Counted from the first letter of the stretch, positions 1-10,524 are shown. The stretch: DNA of 64,000 nucleotides from Oligoflexia bacterium (GCA_963758495.1 CAVWVI010000003.1:832001-896000); one strand, 5' to 3'. A program made the numbers and translations. The notes: a model not told the origin generated them from the sequence alone.

Positions 1-13
1 TTTACGCATCTTT

Positions 14-69
14 AGACTCCTTGTTGGAGACTCCTTGTTGGAGACACCTTGTTAGAGACTGCTTGTTAA
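14..69. repeat. Tandem 14-bp repeat x4 (AGACTCCTTGTTGG), containing Shine-Dalgarno-like AAGGAG on the minus strand
   Basis: Units at 14, 28, 42 and 56 (last two degenerate); lies between the liuC stop and a minus-strand ATG CGT AAA at position 9. Confidence 0.9.
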
Positions 70-869
70 CTGTTTAGCCAAGATGGCTTTCGTTTTTCCA
101 GAAATGAACGAACCCCCTCTTGCCCTTCCTTCGATACTCTCAAATCAGCTAAAGTTTTGGCGACATACTCAAGGCAATCAGGCAATTGATCTCTGCGCTC
201 AGGCCAAGATAGATCGAGTACTAATCGTTTGGCTACAGCCATTGCATTTGGACCACATTGAAGAATATTACCTAACATTCGCTCCACTGCTCCATCCAAT
301 GCGTCTGCCCCAGCAACAAGTTCATGCACGAGTCCGATCTCTTTTGCTTTCTGTCCTTGAAATCTTTCCGCACTCACAAATAAACTACGCGCGTGCGAAG
401 CTCCAACCTTTGCAATTACAAAAGGACCAATACACGCAGGAACTATCCCCAATCTCACTTCACTCAAGCTAAAATTGCAATCCTGAGTTGCAATGACAAT
501 ATCACAAATACTGACCAAACCCACCCCACCCCCGATCGCAGCACCATGAATAGCACCAATAACCGGCTTTGAACACTCATTGAGTGACGCAAACATCTGA
601 GCAAGCTTTCGAGTATCTTCTAGATTTTCTTCATAACTGAAGTCGATTGCTTTTTTCATCCAATTCAAATCACCACCTGCACAGAAGGTAGGCCCCTCTC
701 CATTTAAGACAACCACCCTCACGTCTTTTTGGAGAACATCCGTATTAAAAACACGCAAAAGCTCATCCATAACAGAAGAGTCAAACGCATTTCTAACTTC
801 AGGGCGATTTAAAGAAACAAAGAGAATTCCCCGAGGGTCCAACCTAACTTTTAAAGTATTATATGACAT
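66..869 (-). CDS. liuC: Enoyl-CoA hydratase / methylglutaconyl-CoA hydratase
   Basis: Crotonase motifs LNRPEVRNA, FCAGGDL, GAAIGGGVG, SEVRLGIVP; near the methylcrotonyl-CoA carboxylase beta gene. Confidence 0.85.
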   Translation of the reverse strand: MSYNTLKVRLDPRGILFVSLNRPEVRNAFDSSVMDELLRVFNTDVLQKDVRVVVLNGEGPTFCAGGDLNWMKKAIDFSYEENLEDTRKLAQMFASLNECSKPVIGAIHGAAIGGGVGLVSICDIVIATQDCNFSLSEVRLGIVPACIGPFVIAKVGASHARSLFVSAERFQGQKAKEIGLVHELVAGADALDGAVERMLGNILQCGPNAMAVAKRLVLDLSWPERRDQLPDCLEYVAKTLADLRVSKEGQEGVRSFLEKRKPSWLNS

Positions 870-1150
870 AAGATTCCTTTATTTTCATTTATGCCCCTTT
901 AGATTTGGAAAACAAGAGATTTACGTATCTAAATACTTGGACACTCAGAGACTATTTATTTAAATCTATGCCATAGTTCATAATTTTTTATTTGACTTAT
1001 CTTAGCAGTTGCAGCAAAACCTTTGGATTCATTTCAGATTATTGTCTGAGCTAAGAGGAAATAAAAAAGTCAGTACTCATTAAGTTGTACCGAAGCATTA
1101 GGTCATACTGACTCCTAAGCTTCAAATTATTACCGAGGAGATAAAATAGA

Positions 1151-1462
1151 ATGAAATCGTTCAACACTCGTGAGATTTCGCACAGAACTTGCCACATTAT
1201 TCGCGATGAGAGATTATCCCGCGATTTAACACAAATTGAAATGGCAAACGAATTGGGCATTTCTCAATCGGCTCTTTCAAAAATTGAAAACCTTGCCATG
1301 ATGCCAACCTTAATCCCATGGCTTAAGTTTTGTTCTGTTTTCAGCTTACCTGCTAATCTCCCATTAGATGAAAAACTTTACAAAGGCTGGACTAAAGATT
1401 TAGAAAAGAAAAATTCAAAAACCAGCAAGATGAGAAATGGCCGAGCACAACTCGATTCCTAA
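1151..1462 (+). CDS. XRE-family helix-turn-helix regulator
   Basis: LTQIEMANELGISQSALSKIEN HTH_3 motif; AGGAG upstream. Confidence 0.85.
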   Translation: MKSFNTREISHRTCHIIRDERLSRDLTQIEMANELGISQSALSKIENLAMMPTLIPWLKFCSVFSLPANLPLDEKLYKGWTKDLEKKNSKTSKMRNGRAQLDS

Positions 1463-1490
1463 TTCTTACTCTGCTTGATTGACCCTTTTT

Positions 1491-1562
1491 AGAGCTGATC
1501 GGAAGTTCATAAGTGGATGACTCACAAAGTTATCCAGAACACCGAATCAGCTCTTTTTTTTG
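1491..1562 (+). terminator. Long imperfect stem-loop followed by a T-tract (intrinsic terminator-like)
   Basis: Nested arms AGAGCTGAT/ATCAGCTCT, CGG/CCG, GTTC/GAAC, TGGATGACT/AGTTATCCA, then a T-run. Confidence 0.65.
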
Positions 1563-1594
1563 TCTTTTTAAAGTTTTTTTATCTGTTCAATCGA

Positions 1595-3202
1595 CTACAT
1601 TCTAAATACGCCAAAGCGGGTAGAATCAATCGGCGCATTATAGGCTGCAGAGAGACCTAATGCCAGGTATTCACGAGTTCTCCAAGGAGTAATAATCCCA
1701 TCGTCCCAAAGTCTAGAGGTACTGATGTAAGGACTTCCTTCTCGTTCATATTGTTCTCGAATCGGATTTTGAATTTTTTCAATATCTTCAGGAAGAAGTT
1801 GTTTACCTTGAGCCTCCAGTTGTTCCATTTTTACCTGAGATAGAACCCCTGCAGCTTGTTCCCCACCCATGACGGAAATACGGGCATTCGGCCACATCCA
1901 CAAAAACCGCGGTTGGTAGGCTCGCCCGCACATCCCGTAGTTACCTGCACCAAAACTTCCTCCCACGATGACCGTAAATTTCGGTACATTTGCATTGGAA
2001 ACTGCAGTCACCATTTTAGCGCCATCTTTCGCAATTCCACCGTGCTCATATTTTTGACCCACCATAAAGCCGGTAATGTTCTGTAAAAAAATAAGTGGAA
2101 TACTTCTTTGAACACACAACTCTATAAAATGTGTTGCTTTTAGAGCACTTTCACTAAAAAGAATTCCATTATTACCTAAAATTCCAACTGGGTAACCCCA
2201 GATATGAGAAAACCCACAAACTATTGTATTACCATAAAGAGCTTTAAACTCCTGAAATCTAGAACCATCTACAATTCGAGCAATAACTTCTCGAATATCA
2301 AAAGATTTTCTTAAATCAGTCGGAATGATGCCGGCGATTTCATGAGAGTCATAATGAGGGTCTTCAATGGAAGTTCTTTCAAGAGGAGTAGGCGGTTTAC
2401 GATTCAGATACGAGACAATGTCGCGAGTGATCTGAAGGGCGTGATCATCATCTTCCGCAAGATGATCAGAGACTCCAGAAATTCGACTATGGACATCTCC
2501 TCCTCCTAGTTTTTCTGCTGTTACAATTTCACCTGTTGCAGCCTTAACGAGAGGCGGACCCCCCAAGAAAATCGTGCCTTGTTGTTTCACGATGATGGTT
2601 TCATCGGACATTGCTGGAACGTAGGCTCCTCCTGCGGTACAAGAACCCATTACGACAGCGATTTGTGCAATTCCAAGAGCTGACATTTGGGCTTGGTTAT
2701 AAAAAATTCTACCAAAATGATCTCGATCTGGAAAAATATCTGCCTGAAGAGGGAGGTAGGCTCCTCCTGAATCGACTAAGTAGATACACGGAAGACGATT
2801 TTCTTTTGCGATCTCTTGAGCCCTTAAGTGTTTCTTCACGGTCATTGGGAAGTAAGTGCCACCTTTTACAGTAGCATCGTTTGCCACGATCATGACTTCT
2901 CGCCCATGAACGACGCCTACACCTGTGACAATGCCAGCACTCGGAGCAGCTCCATGGTGCATATCCCAAGCAGCCAGTGCAGAAAGCTCTAAAAAAGTAG
3001 TTCCGGGATCAATCAATTTTGCAATTCGGTCTCGCACAAAGAGTTTGCCTCTTTTTTCGTGCTTACTGAGGGCTTCAATTCCCCCTCCTTGATGCACGAT
3101 TGCAAGCTTTTCTTCTAGTTCACGCACGAGACTTCGGTTTTTCTCGGCATTAGTTTTAAATTCCTCTGAACTGGTGCTAATTTGAGATTTCAAAATGGAC
3201 AT
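1595..3202 (-). CDS. liuB: Methylcrotonyl-CoA carboxylase beta (carboxyltransferase) subunit
   Basis: [38 protein letters not shown]-terminal FGVFRM. Confidence 0.93.
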   Translation of the reverse strand: MSILKSQISTSSEEFKTNAEKNRSLVRELEEKLAIVHQGGGIEALSKHEKRGKLFVRDRIAKLIDPGTTFLELSALAAWDMHHGAAPSAGIVTGVGVVHGREVMIVANDATVKGGTYFPMTVKKHLRAQEIAKENRLPCIYLVDSGGAYLPLQADIFPDRDHFGRIFYNQAQMSALGIAQIAVVMGSCTAGGAYVPAMSDETIIVKQQGTIFLGGPPLVKAATGEIVTAEKLGGGDVHSRISGVSDHLAEDDDHALQITRDIVSYLNRKPPTPLERTSIEDPHYDSHEIAGIIPTDLRKSFDIREVIARIVDGSRFQEFKALYGNTIVCGFSHIWGYPVGILGNNGILFSESALKATHFIELCVQRSIPLIFLQNITGFMVGQKYEHGGIAKDGAKMVTAVSNANVPKFTVIVGGSFGAGNYGMCGRAYQPRFLWMWPNARISVMGGEQAAGVLSQVKMEQLEAQGKQLLPEDIEKIQNPIREQYEREGSPYISTSRLWDDGIITPWRTREYLALGLSAAYNAPIDSTRFGVFRM

Positions 3203-3379
3203 GTCTTCAACCTATGCAGGGATCAGAGAAAATTCCAGCAGATACTGAAATTAGTTTTATACTTTTCTTTTTCTTTGCCTACTTTTTAAGTAGCTCTTTA
3301 ACGCCTCTGGACTAGAGACCCAATTACGACCGTACTTTTTGACAATGCCGTTCGTTAATCTCAATACCAGCTTGCTGCC

Positions 3380-3667
3380 TCAAACTAAAAACTCTTGAAT
3401 CAAAACAAATGGCTGGACTATGACTGTCATAAATTTTTTAAATGGATACTGATCCCAAAACTTTATTTGTTCAGCAGATGGTTTTGCAAGAAAACCTTTT
3501 TGAATCCACTCTTGGATCTGAATGGAATTATTATTCCCAATTTCATGTTGAACTTCTGAAAGATTGAGAGAAGGATCCACTATAATCACAGCATCCCGCA
3601 AAACATGTGGCTTAATCCAATTCCATTCTGCTTCATCTGAGTGATTCATCTTTTCTTTTAATATCAC
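3380..3667 (-). CDS. DUF2288-family protein
   Basis: DEAEW..PH..RDAVIIV ... W...G.LAKP ... IVQPFVLIQE pattern; start placed at GTG after GGGAG (uncertain). Confidence 0.7.
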   Translation of the reverse strand: MILKEKMNHSDEAEWNWIKPHVLRDAVIIVDPSLNLSEVQHEIGNNNSIQIQEWIQKGFLAKPSAEQIKFWDQYPFKKFMTVIVQPFVLIQEFLV

Positions 3668-3734
3668 GACAAGGCACTCCCGAATGATTGTGGACTCGCA
3701 CAATCAAACCACTGAAGCAAGCCAAAGTTTAAAT

Positions 3735-3767
3735 AAAAAAAGGCACTGAAGCTGTCCCAGCACCTTT
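3735..3767 (-). terminator. Intrinsic terminator closing the Tad/YD operon
   Basis: Minus strand AAAGGTGCTG-loop-CAGTGCCTTT followed by Ts. Confidence 0.65.
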
Positions 3768-3810
3768 CTTTCTTTAAATTTAATTAGAAAAAAGTAATCC
3801 TCTTAAAAAA

Positions 3811-4032
3811 TTACTGACCACTCCCACTCGGAGCTTGAGCTCCATCCTTAGCATCCGTTGAAGTGCCTTTATTCACGGTAGTGCTCACAGATGCCGCAGC
3901 TTGAGCTGAATCGGGTTTAGTCATACTCGTTGTATTGGCTGAAGCAGGATTTGCAGGGCATTGATCATCAGCAAATGCTCTCAGACTCACTAGCATCGAC
4001 ACTAAAGTCATAACATTTAATAAAGTTTTCAT
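3811..4032 (-). CDS. Small secreted low-complexity protein, positional analogue of Bdellovibrio hit (Bd0108)
   Basis: Signal peptide ending AFA|DD, Ala/Ser/Thr/Gly-rich mature part, AGGAG RBS, directly downstream of the YD gene. Confidence 0.7.
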   Translation of the reverse strand: MKTLLNVMTLVSMLVSLRAFADDQCPANPASANTTSMTKPDSAQAAASVSTTVNKGTSTDAKDGAQAPSGSGQ

Positions 4033-4109
4033 ATTTTTCTCCTGTGTTCTCTCTTAGTTTAACCTGACTAAATCAGTCCAGTCAACAGGTACTTTAATTG
4101 ATATTTCCA

Positions 4110-5819
4110 TTAAAAAGCCAAAGTCACCCCTGCTGGACGAATAATCTCCAATAAATTTTGAAATGATGAGGTCACTTGCATGGCAATCTTTCGTCCTGCA
4201 GGACTATCGACTTTTTTAATTTCACCGTTATTTGCGTAACTGACTGTAATCGTTCCTAAAGACGGATCTTTAATTTCGATAGGTTTTGAGTTTTCATTAT
4301 ACTTAAAGCTGATGATGCGTGGATTAGAGGAACCCCCTTTAGAGGTTGCTGCATGTTCTATATCAATGAGAGAACTAATACGCCCCACCAAATCATAAAC
4401 GAGTTTAACTTCTTTACCTTCTGAGTTTATCGCCTTCTTTAAATTTGCTTTGTCATCATATTCGAATGTAGACCAACTCGTTTCTTTATTCGCTTCTTTG
4501 TCATACTTAGTCACTTTATCTACTTTTGAAATTTTGCTGTTATAGTGAAGTACCGTAATTTCTGTCGGGGTGACCTTTTTAGTAACGTGCCCTTTATTAT
4601 CATATTCAAATTGAGTCTCTGCCCCATCTTGCTTAATGAGTGTAGGTAGACCAAATTGTTCATTATAAGTTGTTTCCGTATGTTGACCATCGATATCGGT
4701 GATCATTTTATAAGTCCACTCTTCACCGCCTGATTTACTTTTAACAAAATACTCGTATTTACTTTGAGACACTTTTTTTCCAGTATTATCCTTGATCATG
4801 GCCATTGCCGTATAATGCCCAGAATCACGTGGATCCATAGTATAAGTGTATTCGGTCAAAGTCCCGTCACGATCTTTGACGCTTTTGATGTGTTCATATT
4901 TATCTCGACCGTAATATGTCATAACCATCGTTGTCTTATCTGAATAACCTACTTCGATTAAATTGTGACGGTTTTGAGAATCATATTTGAAGGTGTAAGA
5001 ATTCCCATCTACATCGCGACTATAAATAAGCTCACCCAACTTATTATATTTATATTCCGCCCTCTTTCCATTCTCACCTTCAATTTTTGACACAAGGCCG
5101 TCACTACCGAAAGTGAAAAAAATCTTGCGATTGAAATTATCAATAAGCTTTTGTAAGTGCCTATCTTTCCCATACGAAAGTTCGGTGAAATTTCCATTCT
5201 TATCAGAAGTCCTAACCAGATGACCTGATTCGTCAAACTTTTCGAGCTTACCTGTATCGAAACTCCTAATATAGCCACCTGCTACTTTTGTGATGTATTG
5301 ATAATTAAAACGATTTGAATGCAGTTGAGTACCATTGGCAATTAGCCTTGCTTGAAGCTTTCCCTGGGCTCTGAACTTTTCCCATTCATCATTACGAAAA
5401 ATAGCATCATTTATTAATTTATTCTTATAGGCAGTGAGTTGTGCAGACGTTCCCACTACCCCTATTTTTTGAGCCACTCCGGCAATCATATCAGTAGCTT
5501 TACTCAATTCCGCCTGATTAAAACCTACTGGACTAAATCGATTCTCTGCCCCACCCCCATATTCATGCATGACAGCACTACCATCGGCAGAAATCGTCAA
5601 GTAAGGCTCATACTCTGTGCCCCAACCATACCCAAATATCCCTTTAAAGGCTGTTTTTGAATTATAAGCTCTTTCAATTCGAGGATTTACAATATCCGTA
5701 TAGAGGACAAAGAAATTTCCATTCTTCAAGCTCACACTTGCGAATGAAGTACTGGAATAAATGACTACTTTCATTACTCCAGCAAATAGAGCAAAGTTTC
5801 GTATAAGACTTCGACTCAT
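4110..5819 (-). CDS. YD/RHS-repeat protein (Bd0109/WapA-like, DUF6531-like N-terminus)
   Basis: Signal peptide; ERAYNS...GIFGYGW motif; repeated YD units (FEYDNKGHV, FEYDDKANL, YDLVGRI). Confidence 0.85.
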   Translation of the reverse strand: MSRSLIRNFALFAGVMKVVIYSSTSFASVSLKNGNFFVLYTDIVNPRIERAYNSKTAFKGIFGYGWGTEYEPYLTISADGSAVMHEYGGGAENRFSPVGFNQAELSKATDMIAGVAQKIGVVGTSAQLTAYKNKLINDAIFRNDEWEKFRAQGKLQARLIANGTQLHSNRFNYQYITKVAGGYIRSFDTGKLEKFDESGHLVRTSDKNGNFTELSYGKDRHLQKLIDNFNRKIFFTFGSDGLVSKIEGENGKRAEYKYNKLGELIYSRDVDGNSYTFKYDSQNRHNLIEVGYSDKTTMVMTYYGRDKYEHIKSVKDRDGTLTEYTYTMDPRDSGHYTAMAMIKDNTGKKVSQSKYEYFVKSKSGGEEWTYKMITDIDGQHTETTYNEQFGLPTLIKQDGAETQFEYDNKGHVTKKVTPTEITVLHYNSKISKVDKVTKYDKEANKETSWSTFEYDDKANLKKAINSEGKEVKLVYDLVGRISSLIDIEHAATSKGGSSNPRIISFKYNENSKPIEIKDPSLGTITVSYANNGEIKKVDSPAGRKIAMQVTSSFQNLLEIIRPAGVTLAF

Positions 5820-5840
5820 GCATCCCCCTATCGAACAAAA

Positions 5841-6710
5841 TTACACATCAATTTTTACTATTTTCATGATGACAAAAAAACCTACGGCTTCCAACAGAAA
5901 TATTACCATAATAATGAGCCATCCAATGGGAGTAGTAAATAAAGGTTTCATAAAATCCGGATCAGTAGAATAAAATACGGCTCCCAAAAGAGGTGGGATT
6001 GCCATAACAAACACACCTTGATAAAAACCTTGCGCAGTAAGGGCTGAAATTTTATTTTCTACCTTAATTCTTTCTCTGATCGTGTTTACAATCGTGTCAA
6101 ATGTCTCCGCCAAATTTCCACCGGTTTCTTTCAAAATATTGACAGAAGTCACAAACATCTCAACATCATCTGTCTTAACTCGCTTTGAAAGATTTAAAAA
6201 TGCTTCCTCCAGGGAGACTCCCACCTTATTTTCACTTAAAATAAGATTAAATTCCTGTTGTATCGGGTTTGGCATTTCCTGAGCCACAAGACCTAGGGAT
6301 TGAACAACAGATAAACCAGACTTTAAACCATTAGACATCAAACTTAAGGCATCCACCATTTGAAGAACAAATTTATTTACCCGACGGTTATACATCCAAT
6401 CCACAATAGGTTTAGGAGCTTTCCATCCAATTATGGTCGCCATAATAGCAAATGGGATACCTGGAAAAAGCTTAGGCAAAAACACAAGAAATACGACTGA
6501 ACCCAAGCCAAAACTGAGACAAAAAAGCCAGAGTAAAATCTTTTGCGGTGGAATTTCTATAAACATCAGACCAAGACGTTCAACAATATAGTCTCGAGTC
6601 CCAAGAGATTGAAACCTCATCCAATCCAGAAATCTTTTATTGTAGGTATAGGAAAATATAAAAATGGCGACGCCAAATCCAAGTACCCCGATTATTTTAA
6701 GAAAGTTCAT
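5841..6710 (-). CDS. tadB: Tad inner-membrane platform protein TadB
   Basis: T2SSF domain: LKSGLS, ETGGNLAE, RER; follows the ATPase. Confidence 0.9.
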   Translation of the reverse strand: MNFLKIIGVLGFGVAIFIFSYTYNKRFLDWMRFQSLGTRDYIVERLGLMFIEIPPQKILLWLFCLSFGLGSVVFLVFLPKLFPGIPFAIMATIIGWKAPKPIVDWMYNRRVNKFVLQMVDALSLMSNGLKSGLSVVQSLGLVAQEMPNPIQQEFNLILSENKVGVSLEEAFLNLSKRVKTDDVEMFVTSVNILKETGGNLAETFDTIVNTIRERIKVENKISALTAQGFYQGVFVMAIPPLLGAVFYSTDPDFMKPLFTTPIGWLIIMVIFLLEAVGFFVIMKIVKIDV

Positions 6711-6724
6711 TCAAGTCAACCCTC

Positions 6725-8893
6725 TTATGGCTTCCCCGCGAAGAGGCTTCTAGGTATTTTCATGCCCTTAGCTTCCATCTCTTCTACGAACTTAGGAATA
6801 AATCCGGTAGCGACAAATCGCCCCATGATCTTCCTCTTCTTATCTAATCCTTCCTGCTTAAATATAAAGATATCCTGTAAACTGATCACTTCCCCTTGCA
6901 TACCCACGACCTCACTAATGTAAGTCACTTTACGAGTACCGTCACTTAATCTCGACTGTTGAATAATAAGACCCACTGCCGAAGCAATATTTTCTTTAAT
7001 TGCCTTGGCGGGTAATCCCAATCCTGCCATCATGACTAAGGTTTCTAAACGTGCAATACATTCTCTAGGATTGTTGGCATGGATAGTCGTAAGAGAGCCC
7101 GAGTGTCCGGTATTCATAGCTGACAACATATCCAAAGCTTCTCCACCCCGACACTCACCTACTACAATTCGATCAGGACGCATTCTTAAGCAACATTTAA
7201 TTAAATCACGAATGCTAACCTCACCTTCCCCTTCAATATTTTTGGGTCGCGTCTCCAATCTCACTACATGCTCTTGACCGAGTTGAAGCTCCGCTGAGTC
7301 TTCCACTGTAATGATACGTTCAGAAGCAGGAATAAAATTCGACAATACGTTCAGCAACGTAGTTTTCCCGGACCCAGTACCTCCCGAGACTACTATATTT
7401 AACTTTGCCTCTACACAACATCGGAGGAAATCTGCAATTTCCTCTGTCATAGATCCGAACGTCACTAAATCCTTATATTCAATTCTTTTTTTAGGAAATT
7501 TTCGAATAGTAATTGTTGGTCCTCGAAGAGCTAGAGGAGGAATAATAACGTGAACGCGAGAACCATCTTGGAGCCGAGCATCTACGTAAGGAACCTTCTC
7601 ATCCACTCGTCGACCCAAAGGTGTAACGATTCGCTCGATCACATTCATCATTTGGGATTCACTTGAAAAATTAATTTTAGAAATTTGTGGCTTACCCGCT
7701 TTTTCAATGTAGATTTGATCTCGCGCATTGACCATAATTTCGGTTACTGTATCGTCCGCCAGAAGATCTTCCAAGGGGCCCAAGCCCAGGGCTTCGTCCA
7801 AGACTTCTTTCACCATCTGAGCTTTAAGATCACGATTCGAAAGAATGGCACCGGTATCTTCGTTATTCAAGATATCCAAAATTCCCTTTTGAGTTCGTTC
7901 TCTCAGAATTGCCCTTTGTTTTGGATCATTAGTATCGGTATTCATTTTCTTTAAGTCCATCTGCTCAACCAGTGCCTTATGAATCCTGAGCTTCATAGCA
8001 GTCCAGGCATCTAAAGGTGCCGCAGAACTTCTCGCTCCAGGCCCTCCACCTTCTTTAGATGGGTCGCTACTGATGCCCTTTGCTGCAGATATTTGCGCTG
8101 CAATCTTCTCATTAACCCCTGTAGGTTTCTTAAGACGAGTCAGATTCTCTAACAAACTGACTTGTTGCATCTTACGAACGACATCGTGATAGGATCGTGA
8201 AATAGGCGTATTGGGTGCAGCAAGGCATAGAGGAGTACTTTTTGCTAGCGATCCATCACATGTCGCGACATCCTCTGGAATTGCAGCAAAAATAGCCCGT
8301 CCCAAGTTCTTCTGAATCATTTGTGGATTAATAATATTTGTCTGTGAATATCGGTTTACAATAAGCTGAACCATTTCTGGTGGAAATAAGAGCTCCTGAA
8401 TTTTTGCCAGCACTCTCTTTGTCTGATTAATCACAATCACATCAGCGGTGGTCACGACAAAAATCGCCGTGGCAAATTCAAATGTTTTCAAGGCCCATGG
8501 ATCCAGCCCGTTGCCACAGTCCACTACGACAAGGTTGAAAACATTCGGGGCTGCCTTCAAAAATTTTCCTAAACCGTCAATATCGAGATCTCTTGCCAAA
8601 ATAGCATCTCGAGGAGAGGCAACGTAGCTATACCCAGTCTGAGCATTAACCATATATGGAGCCAATGATTTTGGATCAATAGGGCCGGGTGGCATTTTTG
8701 ATAAATCTACAATATTTTTTGGAGGATTTTGACCCAATATTATATTTTGATCTCCTAAACTATTCAGGTCGAGATCGACGATCAAGGGTCTTTGTTTGAA
8801 TTCTTGTAAATAGGCAATTGCGAAATTTGCCGTAAATATGCTTTTACCTACGCCCCCCTTTCCACCTACGACTGCTATAATATGGCCGGCCAT
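6725..8893 (-). CDS. tadA: Fused TadZ/CpaE (MinD-like) and TadA/CpaF ATPase
   Basis: N-terminal GGKGGVGKS; C-terminal GGTGSGKTT, LRMRPDRIVVGECRG, AMNTGH. Confidence 0.93.
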   Translation of the reverse strand: MAGHIIAVVGGKGGVGKSIFTANFAIAYLQEFKQRPLIVDLDLNSLGDQNIILGQNPPKNIVDLSKMPPGPIDPKSLAPYMVNAQTGYSYVASPRDAILARDLDIDGLGKFLKAAPNVFNLVVVDCGNGLDPWALKTFEFATAIFVVTTADVIVINQTKRVLAKIQELLFPPEMVQLIVNRYSQTNIINPQMIQKNLGRAIFAAIPEDVATCDGSLAKSTPLCLAAPNTPISRSYHDVVRKMQQVSLLENLTRLKKPTGVNEKIAAQISAAKGISSDPSKEGGGPGARSSAAPLDAWTAMKLRIHKALVEQMDLKKMNTDTNDPKQRAILRERTQKGILDILNNEDTGAILSNRDLKAQMVKEVLDEALGLGPLEDLLADDTVTEIMVNARDQIYIEKAGKPQISKINFSSESQMMNVIERIVTPLGRRVDEKVPYVDARLQDGSRVHVIIPPLALRGPTITIRKFPKKRIEYKDLVTFGSMTEEIADFLRCCVEAKLNIVVSGGTGSGKTTLLNVLSNFIPASERIITVEDSAELQLGQEHVVRLETRPKNIEGEGEVSIRDLIKCCLRMRPDRIVVGECRGGEALDMLSAMNTGHSGSLTTIHANNPRECIARLETLVMMAGLGLPAKAIKENIASAVGLIIQQSRLSDGTRKVTYISEVVGMQGEVISLQDIFIFKQEGLDKKRKIMGRFVATGFIPKFVEEMEAKGMKIPRSLFAGKP

Positions 8894-8907
8894 GGATCTA
8901 CCTCTTT

Positions 8908-10524
8908 TTACTTAACTTTAACTCTGAAATTCTTCTTTAAATCCTCAGAACCCTGTGACGCATTTTCAATAATCTGTGGAGTAACAAAAATGACAAATTG
9001 AGATTTCTTTTTTCGATAAGCTTTTGAATGAAGTAACGTGAAAAGTGGATCTGTCCCTTGTGCAAAAGTCCCCGATGATGGATCATCTTTGTTAAAATCA
9101 GTACCGATATCACTTGAATCCACACCTGCTACTGCAGCACTTTCACTCGATTTTACATAAATTTTTGTATTTACTTTGTGTATAGCTACAACAGGAGGAG
9201 CTCCGGTCGCTGGCCCTCTTCCTACAAGACTAGTTTGATCGAGTTCCAAATCCATCTGAATATCGTCACTTTGGCCTATAATACTCGGTGTAACAGACAC
9301 GCTGAGTCCTACAGTTTTGCTAGCCGATGTCACCTGTCCATTTGCGCCTTGTTGAGAGTAAGGAAAATCAGTTTGTTCATTTAACTTCGCAGGCTGTCCA
9401 CTTCTTACAATAATAGTACCTGTTTTGAGGACTCGTGCATAACCTGCTGCTTGAGAACTCTGCAACTTAGGTAAAAGGCTCGAAATAGTCGCGCTAAAAG
9501 AAGCTCCGGAAGAAGCACCCGTCGTTCCTGTGGTTCCAGCTTGGCCTTGACCCACTGCAATTTGAGGATCCGCCGTAAATCCAGGCTGCCACTTGAATCC
9601 AAAAACCTTATTGTAGTCTTTTGAAAGTTCTACGAAATGGACTGTAACACGAACCAATTTTTCTTGTTTCCTAGGCGCTGGTGGATTAATGATCATGAAA
9701 TTTTGAACCAGCTTTCTAGGTTCCAATCTTTGAACCGCCGGATCTCTTTCTAATGAATTTCCTGGCCGCAAGTCAGGTAAGTATAGCGATGCTACTCGCA
9801 TCACTCGAGCGGCTTCGTCACTGCTATTTACAGTACCCTCCACAAATACAAGTCCATTGACTACCCGGGTTGTCACATTGGGCGCAAAACCACTGATATC
9901 CTGTTGAATTTTTCTAGCTACAACTTGCATGGCAAGAGCTGAAAGTGTGGCCAAATTTAACACGAAATCGGAATAGGCTTTATCTTGAATGACTGTCAGT
10001 AATCGGCCGTAGTCTGCAGGCACGAGAACTTCACCTTCAACAACAACTTTGGAGCCTACAATTCGAACCTCCAGTCCTTCTACATCTCTGAGTAAATTCC
10101 GAATTTCTCCAGCCATTCGTAAAAGATTAGATCCGGTCACTCGAACCTGAAAAATGAGTTGAATGGTTCCATCATTGTCTCTCACAGTAACCGTCGTATC
10201 CCCCGCCTTAAGTGGCTTAAAGACGAGCTGTCTTTTATCTCCTACCTTCACAAGGGTGGTGGTTAATATTTGCGGATTGCCATAACTAATTCCATTCGCA
10301 CCTGCATTGACTTCAAAATCCAAATCAACTGCTTTATCTTCCCCGGTAGTCAAAAGAAGTCTCCGTTTATCAGCCATTGATTCTGATTCATCACTAGTCA
10401 GTTTTGATATTTGATGTTTTTTCTTTCTAGGCAAGGCTTCGGCACGATCATCACCCATTGTTCCACCTTTTATGATCAGCAATAGAAAGATAAATAAAAT
10501 AACTTTTTGAATGATTCGCATCAT
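8908..10524 (-). CDS. cpaC: CpaC/RcpA-type secretin with BON-like domains
   Basis: N-terminal pilus-formation domain (GDTTVTV), VHFVELSK secretin start, FVIFVTPQII; locus context. Confidence 0.8.
   Translation of the reverse strand: MMRIIQKVILFIFLLLIIKGGTMGDDRAEALPRKKKHQISKLTSDESESMADKRRLLLTTGEDKAVDLDFEVNAGANGISYGNPQILTTTLVKVGDKRQLVFKPLKAGDTTVTVRDNDGTIQLIFQVRVTGSNLLRMAGEIRNLLRDVEGLEVRIVGSKVVVEGEVLVPADYGRLLTVIQDKAYSDFVLNLATLSALAMQVVARKIQQDISGFAPNVTTRVVNGLVFVEGTVNSSDEAARVMRVASLYLPDLRPGNSLERDPAVQRLEPRKLVQNFMIINPPAPRKQEKLVRVTVHFVELSKDYNKVFGFKWQPGFTADPQIAVGQGQAGTTGTTGASSGASFSATISSLLPKLQSSQAAGYARVLKTGTIIVRSGQPAKLNEQTDFPYSQQGANGQVTSASKTVGLSVSVTPSIIGQSDDIQMDLELDQTSLVGRGPATGAPPVVAIHKVNTKIYVKSSESAAVAGVDSSDIGTDFNKDDPSSGTFAQGTDPLFTLLHSKAYRKKKSQFVIFVTPQIIENASQGSEDLKKNFRVKVK

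Noticed and set aside
936..961. CTTGGACACT...CTATTTATTT motif shared with 24680-24711
   Set aside because: Two 10-mers with different spacing in AT-rich DNA; could be chance.
4055..4100. FliA promoter for the small hit-like gene
   Set aside because: TAAAG is present but the -10 (ACTGATTT) is too degenerate.
4110..5819. Rhs polymorphic toxin with immunity gene
   Set aside because: No DPxG Rhs-core cleavage motif or toxin tip; it resembles the structural Bd0109-type YD protein.
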